From positions 5,088,001 to 5,152,000 of the forward strand of contig OZ001293.3 of NCBI GenBank assembly GCA_963921275.4: a stretch of 64,000 nt of DNA, in the 5' to 3' direction. The DNA is from an uncultured Hormoscilla sp. Lineage in GTDB: Bacteria > Cyanobacteriota > Cyanobacteriia > Cyanobacteriales > Desertifilaceae. The position numbers were made by a program, and so were the translations under genes. This document shows, in pieces, positions 34,086 to 47,091 of the stretch (within the stretch, counting starts at the first letter, position 1; the number at the start of each line of letters is the position of its first letter). The notes beneath the pieces are model-generated. The model ran no database searches, was not told the DNA's origin, and saw nothing but the letters and a program-made list of their open reading frames with translations.

Positions 34086-36323
34086 CTACCCATTACCATT
34101 ACCAGATTCGACATATCTTTGCCACATTTGTTCGTAAGCATTCTCCATCTCGCGGGTAAACTGCTTGGCATTCCACAGGGGTGCTGTCTGTCGTGACCGG
34201 CGCAGTCGCCAGGAGATTTGCTGTCGCAGCACGGGGTCTTCCCCCAAGCGAACGCCCCACTCTACATACTCTTCATCTGTCCAAGCAATACCCTCTGTGA
34301 TGCCCGCATTCATCATCATAGTATAGCTGTTACGAGCCGCAAATTGTTCTCCCACTCGCGTCACCAAGGGCACGCACATCCATAGGGTTTCCAGCGTCGT
34401 CGTGGCTCCATTATAGGGATAAGTATCTAGCACCACATCCGCAATCCCTAGGTTAGCCCGGTGAGTTGCTTCTGATGGCGCTGCTGACAAAAAGCGCAGG
34501 CGATCGGGACTCACGCCCTCTTCTTCTGCCAACTGGATAAAAAAGGTTTTAATTGTATCTCGATCGCCCAAACCCTTGATCGCGAAATAGCTATTCGGCA
34601 CCTCTTTAATAATCCTCAGTTGCAGTCGTGCTGTATCTGGATTACGCTTATACCCCCTCTGTGAACTAAAATACAACACAACATCGCTCTCCAGATCCAA
34701 CTGTTCGCGTCGCAGCGTTGGCACCGCCACCTCAAACCCATCTACCGCTACATAGGTTTTGGGCAGTCGCCAGATGGTTTCGCTATAGTAATCCTGAGCA
34801 TCCTCGGGCAACACATAGGGATCTGCGATCGTGTAATCAACCGTTGGTATGCCCGCAGCATCCCAACCCAACCACGTTACTTGAACTGAAGCAGGTTTCA
34901 TTGCCATCACCCCACAGGAAATGTCTAGGGTAAGGCTATTAAGATCGACCAAAATATCTATTTCATCCTCATAAATTTTTTCTGCTGCTTCCTCCCATGT
35001 CAGACCTAGTTTGCGGGCATAACTCACGTGCTCGACGAACCACTCCTGCAACGGGTCTTTGATCTTCGCTCTATAGTTGATAAAATAGCCATATATATCA
35101 TATTTTTCGCGATCGTGATACTCAAATAGCCATCTAGCTAGCCAGCCAACCGAATGAGACTTTAAGCAATGAGATAAATACCCAATTCTCAACGGTTTTG
35201 TACTATTAGTTGTTAAGCTAGATAAATATCTTTGGCGGTATCGATCAACTCTCTCTTGTTCGTGGAGTTCTACATAAGTTTGGCACAACTGTGCCACGTT
35301 ATTATGAAGCTGGCGATTATTTCTTGGATCGTCTCTAAAATAGGGGGAGAAATAGGTTGTCGTGTAGATGCGAAAACATATTGCTAAATCAGCAAGGTAA
35401 GTTTTTTCCTCGCACATGGGAATTACTAATGATAATTGTTGCTCCCAGGCATCAACTGCTTCGGACCAACGTCCACCAGCACTCATTAACCCCCGAATTA
35501 GTACATATTTGGCATACAGTTTACCTGGTAATGTTTTTACGAAGGGATAGCCATTTTTCGCCATTTCTATTCCCAGATCGTACTGACCAGCATTCTGATA
35601 GTAAGTCGATATCTGCATCCATATATCTGCCTCTTCAGGAGCTATTTTTAAACATAATTTTCCCAATGTTATTGCCACGTCAATTCTGCTCAGATTCTCA
35701 GAAATCCTGACGCTGCCCTCCATCAATATCCTAATTAAAGCTAGAGGTTCGCGGATCTGAGGTAAGCAGGCTTCGACAAACTCTATTAGTAGGGGATCCA
35801 GCGGGGCTTCTTCTAAAAAAACCTGCAAGACTTGCAACAATAAATCCGAGTTAACTTCTGCTTTTGCATCTGACTTGAGCGTCTCTATTACTCCCCACTC
35901 AGTCAACTGTTCTTCAGTTAACATCTTCTGCTTAAGGGAGATTTCAATAATTCTCAAAATATTATTTATATCATTGGGGATAATTTCCCGGATATGCTGC
36001 CTTATTGCCCAGGCTACTTCATAATCTAATAAACTTTCTCTACGTTCTGCTTCTGTCTGCAAAACCTCAACTAATTCCCCTGTCCAAGAGTCAATTTCTT
36101 CTCCCTCTGCCTCTCCTATGACTAGCATCCAGGTAATTTGGGCTTCTACTTCTTCACCTTCCAGTAGCAACGCCAATCCCAAATACCAATAATTTGATCT
36201 TACTTCTGGATCTGCTTCAATTGCCTGCTGATAAAGCTTGCAGGCTTTACTATATTCCCCTTTTATTATATATTCAATGAAAGGTGGCTGCTCTTGAGCT
36301 ATAATCGTGGCAACACTCATCAC
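34086..36323 (-). CDS. SPINDLY-family O-GlcNAc transferase (TPR + GT41)
   Basis: LRIGYLS..HSVG, DILVDL, VQVTWLG, LDTYPYNGATTTLETLW. Confidence 0.92.
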   Translation of the reverse strand: MMSVATIIAQEQPPFIEYIIKGEYSKACKLYQQAIEADPEVRSNYWYLGLALLLEGEEVEAQITWMLVIGEAEGEEIDSWTGELVEVLQTEAERRESLLDYEVAWAIRQHIREIIPNDINNILRIIEISLKQKMLTEEQLTEWGVIETLKSDAKAEVNSDLLLQVLQVFLEEAPLDPLLIEFVEACLPQIREPLALIRILMEGSVRISENLSRIDVAITLGKLCLKIAPEEADIWMQISTYYQNAGQYDLGIEMAKNGYPFVKTLPGKLYAKYVLIRGLMSAGGRWSEAVDAWEQQLSLVIPMCEEKTYLADLAICFRIYTTTYFSPYFRDDPRNNRQLHNNVAQLCQTYVELHEQERVDRYRQRYLSSLTTNSTKPLRIGYLSHCLKSHSVGWLARWLFEYHDREKYDIYGYFINYRAKIKDPLQEWFVEHVSYARKLGLTWEEAAEKIYEDEIDILVDLNSLTLDISCGVMAMKPASVQVTWLGWDAAGIPTVDYTIADPYVLPEDAQDYYSETIWRLPKTYVAVDGFEVAVPTLRREQLDLESDVVLYFSSQRGYKRNPDTARLQLRIIKEVPNSYFAIKGLGDRDTIKTFFIQLAEEEGVSPDRLRFLSAAPSEATHRANLGIADVVLDTYPYNGATTTLETLWMCVPLVTRVGEQFAARNSYTMMMNAGITEGIAWTDEEYVEWGVRLGEDPVLRQQISWRLRRSRQTAPLWNAKQFTREMENAYEQMWQRYVESGNGNG

Positions 36324-36575
36324 AATCCTCTATATCCTCTATCTGTATCAATTAGTAACCAATATTTTCTTGGTTTATTCGTAGCATTTAACTTAACTGC
36401 TATAGATAAAAAGCGAGCAAAGCAATCTGGGGTGCATCCCAGTTTTGCAATATAGCCCGCGCCAGCGGGCTTTGTATCTGTAGCCGGACCCTTTAGGGCG
36501 ACAACTGCCCGCTTCTAAAAACCTTGAAAATCTATGAACTGAAACCTCAGCCTCTAGGGTTTGGCAATTAGCTAG

Positions 36576-37097
36576 TTAAAGCTGTGAATAGTTTCTAGGG
36601 CAAGTTGGAGCAGCTGTGTTATATGTTTCCGTTGGTTTAGCTTGATTATTATTGTCGCTTTCGCACAAGGCAGAAAACGTGGTTGTGTCAGCAGAAGTGC
36701 TGGATACATTTACTACTCCTACATAGGACTTCAGGTTTGCATTACCTGCACTCGTACCCCAGTTCGTTACACCAGTCGATCGGCCAAGGATTCCATACAT
36801 GTAGTTCTCAGTTTTTGTCTGAATGTTAAGACCCAAATCACCAACATTGGCGATATCGGTAACAAACTCACTCTTTTCCACGTAGTAGGCTTGCTGTCCC
36901 CGGTTCATTGAACCGACATAGGTTTTCGCCTCGGACTGCCTGGCTTTGTTTGCTTGGTTGAGGAACGAGGGCAAGGCAATGGAGGACAGAATCCCGATGA
37001 TGATGATTACCACCAGCAGTTCAATCAGCGTAAAGCCCTTGTCTTGCCTCTTATCGATCAAGTGTTGCAGGAATTTGGTCTTAAATTCAGTCTTCAT
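36576..37097 (-). CDS. Type IV pilin-like protein
   Basis: KG|FTLIELLVVIIIIGILSSIALP prepilin cleavage motif; GGAGAG Shine-Dalgarno. Confidence 0.93.
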   Translation of the reverse strand: MKTEFKTKFLQHLIDKRQDKGFTLIELLVVIIIIGILSSIALPSFLNQANKARQSEAKTYVGSMNRGQQAYYVEKSEFVTDIANVGDLGLNIQTKTENYMYGILGRSTGVTNWGTSAGNANLKSYVGVVNVSSTSADTTTFSALCESDNNNQAKPTETYNTAAPTCPRNYSQL

Positions 37098-37495
37098 GAG
37101 TAGTCTCTCCTTGAGGTGGGGGATACGTTGCTTCTAACTCCCTAATTTATCATACCAACTTTCTTCCCTGTTTAGATCACTTCCCATAAAAAAATCTCTA
37201 ACGCCCTCCCAGTCAGCGTTCCAGCAGAATATACCCTCAAGAACCGGGTGGGCGTCTTCCGCATGCTCTTGTCCTGAAGGACCAGGCTGCAAATAGCGCT
37301 CCCGCAAGGGATACGGCATGCTCCAGACACCAGTCATTTGTTGGCAGTCAAATCACTACATCTCGATCGCTACCGTCTCTTGTTCTAGACAACTACGAGT
37401 TCTCTAGAGGCATTATCGCGTCTGGAATAATGGGAACAGCAGCGTCATACCGCTTGTTTCACGCTTCCCAGACTCTATGACTGAGTCGTCCGACT

Positions 37496-37986
37496 CAGTC
37501 AGGTACTTCCCCGACTGACTGCTGCATTTCGCCCCAGCAGTCAGGTACTTCCCCGACTGAGTGCTGCATTTCACCTCAGTAGTCAGATACCTCCCCGACT
37601 GAGTGCTGCATTTCACCTCAGCAGTCAGATACCTCCCCGACTGACTGCTACATTTCACCTCAGCAGTCAGGTACTTCCCCGACTGAGTGCGGCATTTCAC
37701 CTCAGCAGTCAGATACCTCCCCGACTGACTGCTACATTTCACCTCAGCAGTCAGGTACTTCCCCGACTGAGTGCGGCATTTCACCTCAGCAGTCAGATAC
37801 CTCCCCGACTGACTGCTGCATTTCACCTCAGCAGTCAGGTACTTCCCCGACTGAGTGCGGCATTTCACCTCAGCAGTCAGATACCTCCCCGACTGACTGC
37901 TGCATTTCCCTCAGCAGTCAGATACCTCCCCGACTGAGTGCGGCCTTTCACCCCAGCAGTCAGGTACTTCCCCGACTGAGTCGGGG
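37496..37986. repeat. 42-nt tandem repeat (about 11.5 units, partial 84-nt higher-order period)
   Basis: CAGTCAG(G/A)TAC(T/C)TCCCCGACTGA(G/C)TGC(T/G)(G/A)CATTTCACCTCAG; one 1-nt deletion; ends in the palindrome CCCCGACTGAGTCGGGG. Confidence 0.95.
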
Positions 37987-38218
37987 ACTCTATTCATTCA
38001 GTTAGAGAGTCTTCCAGAAGAAATTTACACGGCCAACTTTATTTATTCTCAAGCAAAATAGATATCGCACGTGCATATAATTCTTCAAGAATGACAAACG
38101 AGGAAGATCGCGTCGTGGGTCACAAGTAGTGATTTTAGCACCAGCAAACCCTTTACGACGTGCTGTTATCAACCCTACAACTGCCACCAAGCGGTGACAA
38201 TTGTCTTTTTTCACCAAT

Positions 38219-39053
<835 letters not shown>

Positions 39054-39090
39054 TGTACTATATTAGTCGTAATGGGTTAGGATAAGTGCT

Positions 39091-40524
39091 ATGGCAAGCC
39101 CGACAGTAGAAAACTTGGTAATCATTGGTTCTGGTCCTGCTGGCTACACGGCGGCGATCTACGCTGGCCGTGCTAACCTCAAACCAGCGGTCTTTGAAGG
39201 CTACCAAATGGGTGGTATTCCTGGCGGTCAACTGATGACCACAACGGAAGTGGAGAATTTTCCTGGCTTCCCCGACGGCATTACTGGCCCGCAACTGATG
39301 GACAGAATGAAGGCTCAAGCAGTGTACTGGGGGGCCCAGCTATATACTGAAGATGTTATAGCTGTTGACTTGATCCAGCCACGTCACCGTGTCGGAAAAA
39401 TCGGAAGTAGTGCGAATAGCCCTCTCCCGAGACATCCAAGTCCCTTTACTGTCCGATCGTCCGATCGGACATTACACACCCACAGCATTATCATCGCCAC
39501 CGGAGCCACAGCAAAGCGGTTAGGACTGCCCTCTGAGGAGAAATTCTGGAATCAGGGCATCTCTGCATGTGCTATATGTGATGGTGCCAGTCCCATATTT
39601 AAGGGAGTAGAGTTGGTGGTCATTGGTGCTGGCGACACAGCAGCAGAAGAAGCAGTCTATCTAACCAAGTATAGCGCCCACGTTCATATACTAGTGCGGC
39701 GGGACCAGATGCGAGCCTCTAAGGCGCTGCAAGACAGAGTCTTGGATAACCCCAAAATCACGGTCCACTGGCATACCGAGGCCGTGGACGTATTCGGTGC
39801 CAATGGTAAGATGCAAGGGGTGAAGGTGAAAAATAATCAGACAGGCGAAATGAGGGAGTTACCTGCTGGCGGTCTGTTCTATGCTATTGGTCACACCCCC
39901 AATACTCAACTTTTCCAAGGTCAACTAGAACTGGATGAGGTGGGTTACATTGTGACTAAGCCCGGTTCGGTAGAAACTAGCGTGGAGGGGGTCTATGCTG
40001 TGGGTGACGTACAAGACCGCGAGTTTCGTCAGGCCGTGACGGCTGCTGGTAGCGGCTGTATGGGGGCAATGTTAGCAGAAAAATGGCTTTCTGCCAATGG
40101 GTTGGCCCAGGAGTACCATCAAGAAGAAAGCAATAAAGCGCTGACTACAAACAATGTTCATAGTGAGGACTTGAGTTCTCAAAAATCTGATATCTTTGAC
40201 ATAGCAGCGACGCGACATCAGGGTGGTTATGCCTTGCGCAAGCTTTTCCATGAGAGCGATCGGCTGATCATGGTAAAATACTCTGCGCCTACCTGCGGCC
40301 CTTGTCACAGTCTCAAACCCATTTTAAGCAAGGTAGTAGACGAGTTCGATAACAAGATCCACTATGTAGAAATTGACATCGAACAAGATCCCGAGATTGC
40401 TGAGAATGCGAGTGTCACCGGTACTCCCACCGTACAGTTCTTCAGGGACAAGGAATTAATCCATCAATATCAAGGCGTCAAGCCAAAGAGTCATTACCGG
40501 GAAACGATCCAAAGCAATTTGTAA
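39091..40524 (+). CDS. NADPH-thioredoxin reductase C (NTR fused to thioredoxin)
   Basis: [16 protein letters not shown] redox motif; C-terminal Trx domain with CGPC. Confidence 0.93.
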   Translation: MASPTVENLVIIGSGPAGYTAAIYAGRANLKPAVFEGYQMGGIPGGQLMTTTEVENFPGFPDGITGPQLMDRMKAQAVYWGAQLYTEDVIAVDLIQPRHRVGKIGSSANSPLPRHPSPFTVRSSDRTLHTHSIIIATGATAKRLGLPSEEKFWNQGISACAICDGASPIFKGVELVVIGAGDTAAEEAVYLTKYSAHVHILVRRDQMRASKALQDRVLDNPKITVHWHTEAVDVFGANGKMQGVKVKNNQTGEMRELPAGGLFYAIGHTPNTQLFQGQLELDEVGYIVTKPGSVETSVEGVYAVGDVQDREFRQAVTAAGSGCMGAMLAEKWLSANGLAQEYHQEESNKALTTNNVHSEDLSSQKSDIFDIAATRHQGGYALRKLFHESDRLIMVKYSAPTCGPCHSLKPILSKVVDEFDNKIHYVEIDIEQDPEIAENASVTGTPTVQFFRDKELIHQYQGVKPKSHYRETIQSNL

Positions 40525-40531
40525 TTGGCGA

Positions 40532-41410
40532 ATGGCTAATGGGCAATATACAATGAATGGTCATAAACCCCGACGCCCCAGCCTCTCAATGCAACTGATG
40601 GCTGTGGGGGCTGCTATTACTCTGGCCTTTGTGGCGATCGCCCTCTTGGTCTCCCTATTTCAAGCCTGGGGATGGATACAGGATCCGACGGAGTCTTTGA
40701 TCAACCCGGTACATGAATCACCCTCATGGTCTCATTGGTTTGGCACGACGCGCCAGGGTTACGATGTTTTCTCTCGTACTATGTTTGGCACCCTTGCTGC
40801 ATGGCGGGTCGTCCTGTTGGCGACAGCCCTGAGTCTAGCTGTTGGCGTCCCCCTCGGCTTAGTCAGCGGCTATCTGGGGGGTAGATTAGACTGGCTGTTA
40901 CTATTCTTGATGGATACCATCTATACCCTACCAGGGCTGCTGCTTTCCCTGACTCTGGCCTTTGTGGTGGGACGAGGAGTGTTTAATGCCGCGATCGCCC
41001 TCAGCATTTCCTACGTCCCCCAATACTACCGCGTCATCCGCAACCACACAGTCAGCGTCAAAACCGAACTCTTTATCGAAGCGGCCCAAGCAATGGGGGC
41101 CTCCACCTGGACAGTCCTGACTCGCCACCTATTACTGAATGTAATTCAAAGCATACCAGTTTTGTATACCCTGAACGCCGCTGATGCTATTCTCACCCTG
41201 GGAGGATTGGGATTTCTGGGACTAGGACTGCCCTCAGAAGTGCCAGAATGGGGACAGGATCTACGTCTGGCCCTGGATGCCTTGCCCACCGGCATTTGGT
41301 GGACCGCCTTCTTTCCGGGCATGACCATGACATTAATGATTGTGGGCTTATCTTTGCTGGGAGAAGGTTTAAATGAGTTTGTTAATCCCAAGCTGCGACA
41401 GCATTCCTAA
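40532..41410 (+). CDS. ABC peptide transporter permease (DppC/OppC-like)
   Basis: HWFGT..G.DVFSR, EAAQAMGAS loop, LGFLGLG..PEWG. Confidence 0.9.
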   Translation: MANGQYTMNGHKPRRPSLSMQLMAVGAAITLAFVAIALLVSLFQAWGWIQDPTESLINPVHESPSWSHWFGTTRQGYDVFSRTMFGTLAAWRVVLLATALSLAVGVPLGLVSGYLGGRLDWLLLFLMDTIYTLPGLLLSLTLAFVVGRGVFNAAIALSISYVPQYYRVIRNHTVSVKTELFIEAAQAMGASTWTVLTRHLLLNVIQSIPVLYTLNAADAILTLGGLGFLGLGLPSEVPEWGQDLRLALDALPTGIWWTAFFPGMTMTLMIVGLSLLGEGLNEFVNPKLRQHS

Positions 41411-41441
41411 TTCCTAGTAATGGCTGCGCCACAAAACCAGC

Positions 41442-42395
41442 ATGGAAACAGATGTCTTATCAAACCCCGATAATCACCTAGAAGTGATTGGCATTGATAT
41501 TGGGGGAACGGCAGTTAAGCTAGGCAGATTTGGTCCGGATGGCAGTTGCCATCAGTCGATGACAGTGGCCACACCCAAACCCCAATTACCTGCCACAGTT
41601 CTGGAGGTGACAGTAGAGGCGATCGCCCAGTTGGATCCCGAACCGGAATGTTTGGCGATCGGGGTGGGCTTACCCGGTCCGGTGGATGGCCCTGGTAGAA
41701 CATCTCTGATCGCCATTAACCTAGTTTCTTGGCAGGACGTTCCTTTCGCAGACTGGCTAGAAGAAAAAACTGGACTGCCAGCAATTCTCGCCAACGATGC
41801 CAACTGTGCGGCTTTGGGAGAAGCATGGACCGGTGCCGGACGCCAGTTTCAGAATCTGATTATGCTTACCCTCGGTACGGGAGTGGGCGGTGCTATTATC
41901 CTGGATGGCAAGCTGTTTACAGGTCATAGCGGTGCCGCTGGGGAACTGGGGTTAATTACCATCGAACTTTACGGTCACAAGTGCAATAGTGGTAATCGGG
42001 GATCTTTAGAACAGCATGTTTCTGTGCCAGCGGTACGTCGGCGGACTGGCTTGACTCCTGCTGAACTCGCCCACATGGCGAAAGTGGGCAATAGGCAAGC
42101 ATTGGAATTCTGGAAAACCTACGGACATCATCTGGGTGCGGGGTTGGCTAACCTAATTTACATTCTCACCCCAGAGGCGATCGTCCTGGGCGGAGGCATT
42201 AGTGAAAGTGCCGAATATTTCTTGCCCGCGACATTATCAGAAATCAAACAGCGGGTACTGCCAATTTCTCGTGAAGGTTTGCAGGTGTTAGTCGCCCAGT
42301 TGGGCAACCGGGCGGGAATGGTAGGGGCAGCTAAGTTAGCATGGCAGATGATTTCCCAAAAATCTGCGAGTACCAGTCAGCATTTGTCCAGGTAG
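41442..42395 (+). CDS. ROK family sugar kinase
   Basis: GIDIGGT, NDANCAALGE, TLGTGVGG, CNSGNRGSLE. Confidence 0.92.
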   Translation: METDVLSNPDNHLEVIGIDIGGTAVKLGRFGPDGSCHQSMTVATPKPQLPATVLEVTVEAIAQLDPEPECLAIGVGLPGPVDGPGRTSLIAINLVSWQDVPFADWLEEKTGLPAILANDANCAALGEAWTGAGRQFQNLIMLTLGTGVGGAIILDGKLFTGHSGAAGELGLITIELYGHKCNSGNRGSLEQHVSVPAVRRRTGLTPAELAHMAKVGNRQALEFWKTYGHHLGAGLANLIYILTPEAIVLGGGISESAEYFLPATLSEIKQRVLPISREGLQVLVAQLGNRAGMVGAAKLAWQMISQKSASTSQHLSR

Positions 42396-42459
42396 AACAG
42401 AATTGTCAGACTAGCGCTAAAGCATTAACAATCAAGCCTTAGCAAGAGTTCAGAAAAAA

Positions 42460-43368
42460 ATGATAGCATATAAGTGGCTAAAGGAAATCAAGAAAGAATT
42501 TTACTTGGTGATTGCAGGGGGGATATTGGCCTCAGCATTAGGCGGGGCAACCTTATCAATTATACTGTACAAATATCCTGCACCTTCACCACCGACCATA
42601 GAACCTGCTGCCAGCAACAGGAGACCGACTGAGTCAATATCAGCACCTGAAGCTTTCGCAGAAAAACCAGCTACGGATGAAGAACAAGAATTAGGACGGA
42701 AACCAATTGACCTGTCCGATGAAGTGGAACCGGGTAGCGAGTTCGATAGTTTTCGTCAAGAACTGCGGCAAGCTGTAACAGAACGAAATGCTTATTTTAT
42801 CCGTTCGATTTTACCAGCAGATGGCATATCCTTGGGGTTCAATACTCCGCGAGGGATCGAGGATATGGGCCTGGAAAACCCCGACGGACGCTTCTGGTCT
42901 TTGCTGGAAAAGGCGATCGCGAACAGTTGTGCCGCAGAAGCTGGCGATAACTATCCCCCCGTAGATCCAGGCACCAAAGTTTGGATTTGTTCTAACGTTG
43001 CCAAAGAATTTGACCGTCAGTACCCAGCACCCCCATTCTCAGGACAGGACTGGGAATTGAATCACGTGATCGTTGTCGGTAGAGGCGTTAACGTGCGATC
43101 GCGACCATCTTTAAACAGCAAAGTGATTAGCCGCCTTTTCAACGAAGTAGTCAAGCTTGACCGCGAGACGGCGGAAAAACAATGGCAAGAAGAGGTAGAA
43201 AAAGGCAGAGAGGTTGACCCGATCTACGGTTGGACTCCAGTGATTATACCCAATGGGGAAAAAGGTTACGTCTACAATCGTTATATATATGGTCCCTTAG
43301 AAAATCGGGCAGTATTTGGTAAAGTAGCAGGAGAGTGGCATTTGCTCTCGATGCCCGGAGGAGACTAA
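42460..43368 (+). CDS. Membrane-anchored protein with bacterial SH3-like domain
   Basis: N-terminal TM segment; VNVRSRPSLNSKVI...W..V...GYV. Confidence 0.6.
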   Translation: MIAYKWLKEIKKEFYLVIAGGILASALGGATLSIILYKYPAPSPPTIEPAASNRRPTESISAPEAFAEKPATDEEQELGRKPIDLSDEVEPGSEFDSFRQELRQAVTERNAYFIRSILPADGISLGFNTPRGIEDMGLENPDGRFWSLLEKAIANSCAAEAGDNYPPVDPGTKVWICSNVAKEFDRQYPAPPFSGQDWELNHVIVVGRGVNVRSRPSLNSKVISRLFNEVVKLDRETAEKQWQEEVEKGREVDPIYGWTPVIIPNGEKGYVYNRYIYGPLENRAVFGKVAGEWHLLSMPGGD

Positions 43369-43457
43369 AATCAGTTTAAGATCTGAGATTTCGATGTTCA
43401 TAGTGGAGAAAGCATGCTCCAGACACCGCGGATATGTTTGCAAAATAAGCAAAAATC

Positions 43458-45341
<1,884 letters not shown>

Positions 45342-45448
45342 ACTCGTAGGGTGGGCACCTGATTTTAACGGATTGTTTCCCGCAAATGGTGGGCACCGCC
45401 CACCTTACTTTAACGGATTGTTTCCCGCCAAATAGACAGGAGATAAAG

Positions 45449-45570
45449 ATGCTTGTAGATCTGAGTCGTTTGACTGTTGAAGAATATCATCGCCTCGGAG
45501 AAATGGGAATTATCGATCCAGACGAAAAGGTAGAATTAATTGAAGGACAGATGCACCCTCCTTAATTCCT
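45449..45570 (+). pseudogene. Uma2 endonuclease N-terminal fragment
   Basis: MLVDLSRLTVEEYHRLGEMGII..EKVELIEGQ, then truncated; AGGAG Shine-Dalgarno. Confidence 0.7.
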
Positions 45571-45751
45571 TAACCACCAAGAGCTTGAGCAATTACGGTT
45601 TTTTATTGTTAGTTGGTATAAATTTTTGGGTATTTTAAGGGACACAGTCTAAATATTTGTTTATATTTGTGATAGTGTAAGAGTTGAGAAGACCAATGTA
45701 ATGTATATAATACATTGGTATTGCAAAATGTAGGCATTAACAGGCTCCACC

Positions 45752-47023
45752 TTAAGTGCCAGTCAGCTGTACTTGCTGCTGTTGTAATATCTGGGCATAA
45801 AGCTTTTCCAGCTGAGAGATATTGCGAGTGAGGGTATAGCGTTCCAGTACGCGGCGTCGGGCTTTTTGCCCCAATAGCATAGTCAACTCCGGGTGGTCGT
45901 GAAACAGAGGCAGAAGAGTTCGCAGCTCAGAAGTAACGCGATTAGTATTTAAGATCACACCAGCGCCCCCCTCCAAGACTTCACCATCAGCACCAGCATC
46001 TGTAGCGATGCAGGCGACACCACAAGCCATTGCTTCCAGCAGAGATAGGGAAAGCCCTTCTACAAGAGAAGGCAAAATAAATACATCTGCACCCCGCAAT
46101 ATTTCTATCCGCCTTTGTTCGTCACCAATGAAACCCAACCAGATAATCCCCTGTTCTGGGCCATAAGACATTTTTAAAGAAGCCGCCAATGGTCCATTCC
46201 CGATAATTAAGAGCTTGCAGTCATCTCCCAAATCCGATTGCTTCCAAGCTTTAAGTAAGGACTCTACATTCTTTTCTGTAGCGATTCTGCCCTGATAGAC
46301 AAACAGACGGGAAGCAGCTATTGAATGCTTCACATCGGCAGGTCCGGGGGAGTATTTCTTTTCATCTACCCCATTGGGAATCACTGCTACCTTCTGGGCT
46401 GGGACACCCAGGCGCACCAAGAGGGTCCGCTGAATCTGAGAAAAGACGATTACACAATCGTAGTTCGCCAGACAGGGGGCATATAGCTGATAAGTCAGGT
46501 GTTGAGTGCCGGAACTCAGATTGCGCATTTTGTGGTCAAAGGGCGGGTGGAACGTCGCCACTAGGGGCAAAGAAAGCTCTTGACAGATTTCCGGTAGCAG
46601 GAAATCCAGAGGAGACAAGGTCAGGGAAGCATGTACTAAATCAGGCTGCAACTGCCAGAGCGCGCGGGCCAACACTTGGCTCGATTTGAGAGTGGGAATA
46701 GTGTAAATCGTGGATTTGTACAAACAGGGAAGAGAAACCTCCACCATCCAGTTTGGCCATCCGTGAACTTCCTTTTGATCGCGGTAGGGACGACCGTTAC
46801 CCTTGTATGAGGCAGTTTTTGGCAGCTGACTGGGCACCGTTCCGGAAAAATCGGCGCGAGCATAAGCATACCTGCTTGAGGTACTCCTACTAAGGGATTC
46901 TGACTGAGAAAAATGAAGAAAGCTCACCTGATATCCCCGATCTAGCAACGCATTGGTTACCTCTCGCGAATAGGTAACATTGCCACAGAAAGGTGATTTT
47001 TTTCCAAGCCAAGCTATATGCAT
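45752..47023 (-). CDS. GT4 glycosyltransferase
   Basis: MHIAWLGKKSPFCGNVTY, EGLSLSLLEAMACG; conserved deoC-recO-MFS-GT cluster. Confidence 0.9.
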   Translation of the reverse strand: MHIAWLGKKSPFCGNVTYSREVTNALLDRGYQVSFLHFSQSESLSRSTSSRYAYARADFSGTVPSQLPKTASYKGNGRPYRDQKEVHGWPNWMVEVSLPCLYKSTIYTIPTLKSSQVLARALWQLQPDLVHASLTLSPLDFLLPEICQELSLPLVATFHPPFDHKMRNLSSGTQHLTYQLYAPCLANYDCVIVFSQIQRTLLVRLGVPAQKVAVIPNGVDEKKYSPGPADVKHSIAASRLFVYQGRIATEKNVESLLKAWKQSDLGDDCKLLIIGNGPLAASLKMSYGPEQGIIWLGFIGDEQRRIEILRGADVFILPSLVEGLSLSLLEAMACGVACIATDAGADGEVLEGGAGVILNTNRVTSELRTLLPLFHDHPELTMLLGQKARRRVLERYTLTRNISQLEKLYAQILQQQQVQLTGT

Positions 47024-47091
47024 TCAGCTCTTGCCAGTTGCGCTAATTGCTAATACGTAGTGTGCGACGATAGGAGCGCTCTTATGCTAAC

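Noticed and set aside
37496..37997. Poly-selenocysteine protein (repeated TGC-TGA-GGT, C-U-G)
   Set aside because: TGA alternates with TGG rather than TGY, the frame has a frameshift and other stops, and no SECIS or sel genes are visible.
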